Shown piece after piece: positions 30,193 to 32,000 of a DNA stretch of 32,000 bases (position 1 is its first letter; the number at the start of each line of letters is the position of its first letter). This DNA comes from Thermococcus kodakarensis KOD1 (lineage in GTDB: Archaea; Methanobacteriota_B; Thermococci; Thermococcales; Thermococcaceae): positions 1,530,001 to 1,562,000 of the forward strand of contig NC_006624.1 of assembly GCF_000009965.1 (NCBI RefSeq), read 5' to 3'. The notes beneath the pieces were generated by a model. It was not told where the DNA came from and made no database searches. It saw only the letters and a list, made by a program, of their open reading frames with translations. Both the position numbers and the translations under genes were made by a program.

Positions 30193-32000
30193 TCAGCGGC
30201 GTCTCCTCAGCAGCAACGGAATCACGGCCAGTCCCACCACGACCGCTGGGCCGCAGATGCCGCCGCCGTTGCTTGAGGATGTGGTGGAGCCCGAACCGGT
30301 GTTGGTCTTTTCGGATGTTGGGGTTTTGCTGGTGGTTGTCTCACTGGTCGTGGTTGTAGTTGTCGAAACCTCCTGAGCATTGGCGGGCTTGACGCCGAGG
30401 AGCGCAAGGGCGGTACCCCATGTGCCGTAGTTAGTCCAGAAGATCGGAACGCCGTAGGGGTTCTTCTCGTTCGGCCAGTTGATCCAGTACTCGGTGTTGG
30501 CCTCGTAGAAGAGCGTTGCCATGTAAACGGGAACCGCAGGAACGTCCTGGAGCCATATCTGGCAGAGCTGCTTTATGTACTGGGCCTCCTTGTTCTCATC
30601 CACGGTCTTTCCGAACTCCGCTAGAATCTGATCGACCTGTGGGTTCTCGTACTTTCCGTAGTTTGCACCGCCGTCCTTTGAGAGGAGCATGTTGAACACG
30701 GCGTAGGCGCTCGGCTGGAAGGTGCCTGACCAGTGGAGCGCAAGGTCGAAGTCACCGTTCTGGAGGCTCTTAACGAAGAAGTTAGTCCAGTCTCCCTTCT
30801 CTATCTCGACTTCAATCCCCACGGCCTTGAGCTGGTTGGCTATTATCTCACCCGCCTGGAGCCAGTCGTTACAACCTGCACAGGTGACAAATTTGAGCTT
30901 GAGCGGCTTGCCGTTGTACTCCCTTATTCCATCGCCGTCGGTGTCCTTGACACCAGCCTCATCGAGGAGCTTTATCGCCCCGGCAACATCACCGTACTTC
31001 CATCCGTACTGACTGATGAGACCGTCGATACCAACCTTATCGCCCCATTTCTTGAGGAGACCGGGGCCGAAGGGAACCTCCTTCGGAAGGTCGCTTATCG
31101 GACCCTGGTTGACGATCTGATATGGGTTGATGGCCATCGCTATTGCCCTTCTAACCTTCGGGTTGTCGAGCGGAGCGTGCTTGGTGTTGAAGTACAGGAG
31201 AACGGGGGCAACGGGCGGGAAGTAGGGGTACTTGTCGAGCCAGCTCACGAGCTTGGGGTTCTTCTGCTTGGCCGAGACTATGTCGATGTAGTATGTACCG
31301 ACGTCGAGGTCACCCTTGATGAACATGTTCGCTGCCTGGTTGTTGTCGGTGACGTAGAGCTGGACGATGTACTTCGGTCCGGGCTTTCCAAATACCTTAA
31401 CACCCCACCAGTCGTCGTTCCTCTCGAGGATGGCCTTCTCCTGGCCGACTACCTCCTTGAGCTTGTAGGCACCAGAACCGACGAGGTACTTCATCTCATC
31501 GCCGGTGAAGGTCATCTTGGGTATGTCCTCGGGGTTAATGTTCTCGAAAACGTGCTTCGGGACTATGAGTGCACCCTGTCCCCAGCCGAAGAACATCTGA
31601 AGCTGCCAGAGCTGGTAGTTAGGGGTTCCGTCGAAGATGAACTGAACCGTCCTGTCATCAACGACCTTTATCTCCTTGAGGCCAAGGTCGCCCCAGTTCC
31701 TAAGGCCGATCTTCTCATAGTATTCATAGGAGAACTTGACGTCTTCAGCAGTTAGGGGTTCGCCGTCCTGCCACTTCAGACCCGACCTAAGTTTAACCTC
31801 AAAGACGTTGTCGCCAACCCACTTGCCGCTTTCGGCAAGCCACGGCTTGAGCTCGCCCGTCATGAAGTTGAACATGAAAAGTGGCTCGAAGACGAGGCCG
31901 TCTATTCCAAGAACCGAACCTCCAGTGAAGGGGTTGGCGTTCGTTGGGGGTGCACTGTTGGCAGTGTAGAGGGTCTCGTTCCTCGGCAGGCTCTCTGCGG
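30193..32000 (-). CDS. ABC transporter substrate-binding protein, family 5 (probable chito-oligosaccharide binding), with Ser/Thr linker and CGP-CTERM anchor; 5' end outside window
   Basis: The frame stays open upstream of the ORF-track Met at 31875, all the way to 32000 (...AESLPRNETLYTANSAPPTNANPFTGGSVLGIDGLVFEPLFMFNF...), so the gene is 5'-truncated by the window. The body is DppA/OppA-like. The C-terminus is STTTTTTSETTTSKTPTSEKTNTGSGSTTSSSNGGG-ICGPAVVVGLAVIPLLLRRRR. Confidence 0.88.
   Translation of the reverse strand, partial: AESLPRNETLYTANSAPPTNANPFTGGSVLGIDGLVFEPLFMFNFMTGELKPWLAESGKWVGDNVFEVKLRSGLKWQDGEPLTAEDVKFSYEYYEKIGLRNWGDLGLKEIKVVDDRTVQFIFDGTPNYQLWQLQMFFGWGQGALIVPKHVFENINPEDIPKMTFTGDEMKYLVGSGAYKLKEVVGQEKAILERNDDWWGVKVFGKPGPKYIVQLYVTDNNQAANMFIKGDLDVGTYYIDIVSAKQKNPKLVSWLDKYPYFPPVAPVLLYFNTKHAPLDNPKVRRAIAMAINPYQIVNQGPISDLPKEVPFGPGLLKKWGDKVGIDGLISQYGWKYGDVAGAIKLLDEAGVKDTDGDGIREYNGKPLKLKFVTCAGCNDWLQAGEIIANQLKAVGIEVEIEKGDWTNFFVKSLQNGDFDLALHWSGTFQPSAYAVFNMLLSKDGGANYGKYENPQVDQILAEFGKTVDENKEAQYIKQLCQIWLQDVPAVPVYMATLFYEANTEYWINWPNEKNPYGVPIFWTNYGTWGTALALLGVKPANAQEVSTTTTTTSETTTSKTPTSEKTNTGSGSTTSSSNGGGICGPAVVVGLAVIPLLLRRRR

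Noticed and set aside
30733-31755. 340-aa plus-strand ORF antisense to the substrate-binding protein gene
   Set aside because: It is a shadow ORF. The minus-strand frame has clear family-5 SBP character and operon context.

Overview
The window looks like chromosome from a hyperthermophilic euryarchaeon of the Thermococcales. Evidence: GGAGGTGA-type Shine-Dalgarno sites, AT-rich TATA-like boxes about 25-35 nt upstream of starts, oligo-T terminators, K/E-rich proteins, and a gene set resembling Thermococcus kodakarensis. I cannot verify the species without a search. Genes are densely packed on both strands.

Core genes (+ strand unless noted):
- a ferritin-like diiron protein
- a class II ribonucleotide reductase interrupted by two in-frame LAGLIDADG inteins
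- a purine phosphoribosyltransferase
- the RNA 2',3'-cyclic phosphodiesterase ThpR
- the archaeal CCA-adding enzyme
- a GH57-like enzyme (- strand)
- an EamA/DMT transporter
- a YjjX-type NTPase (- strand)
- isoleucyl-tRNA synthetase

The right third of the window is one tightly coupled minus-strand operon. It encodes a family-5 substrate-binding protein with a CGP-CTERM anchor (5' end outside the window), two permeases, two ATPases, the SIS-type GlcN-6-P deaminase GlmD, and the GH35-like exo-beta-glucosaminidase GlmA. This is the transporter-proximal part of the archaeal chitin/chitobiose pathway.

Two compositionally deviant accessory blocks are the best places to look for something new:
1. 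7177-10068, between thpR and cca. It holds a strongly AT-rich orphan gene for a Cys-rich, coiled-coil, signal-anchored protein, co-transcribed with a membrane-anchored PQQ-like beta-propeller protein.
2. 19174-22900, between ileS and glmA. It holds a two-gene operon for a secreted papain-fold Cys/His peptidase with a long prodomain plus an unknown membrane-anchored protein using a TTG start. It also holds a vapBC module with a perfect 14-nt palindromic operator, and a DUF835 membrane protein.

A very GC-rich nested hairpin lies between two convergent genes at 15181-15238.

I found no rRNA, tRNA, CRISPR array, IS element or integrase.
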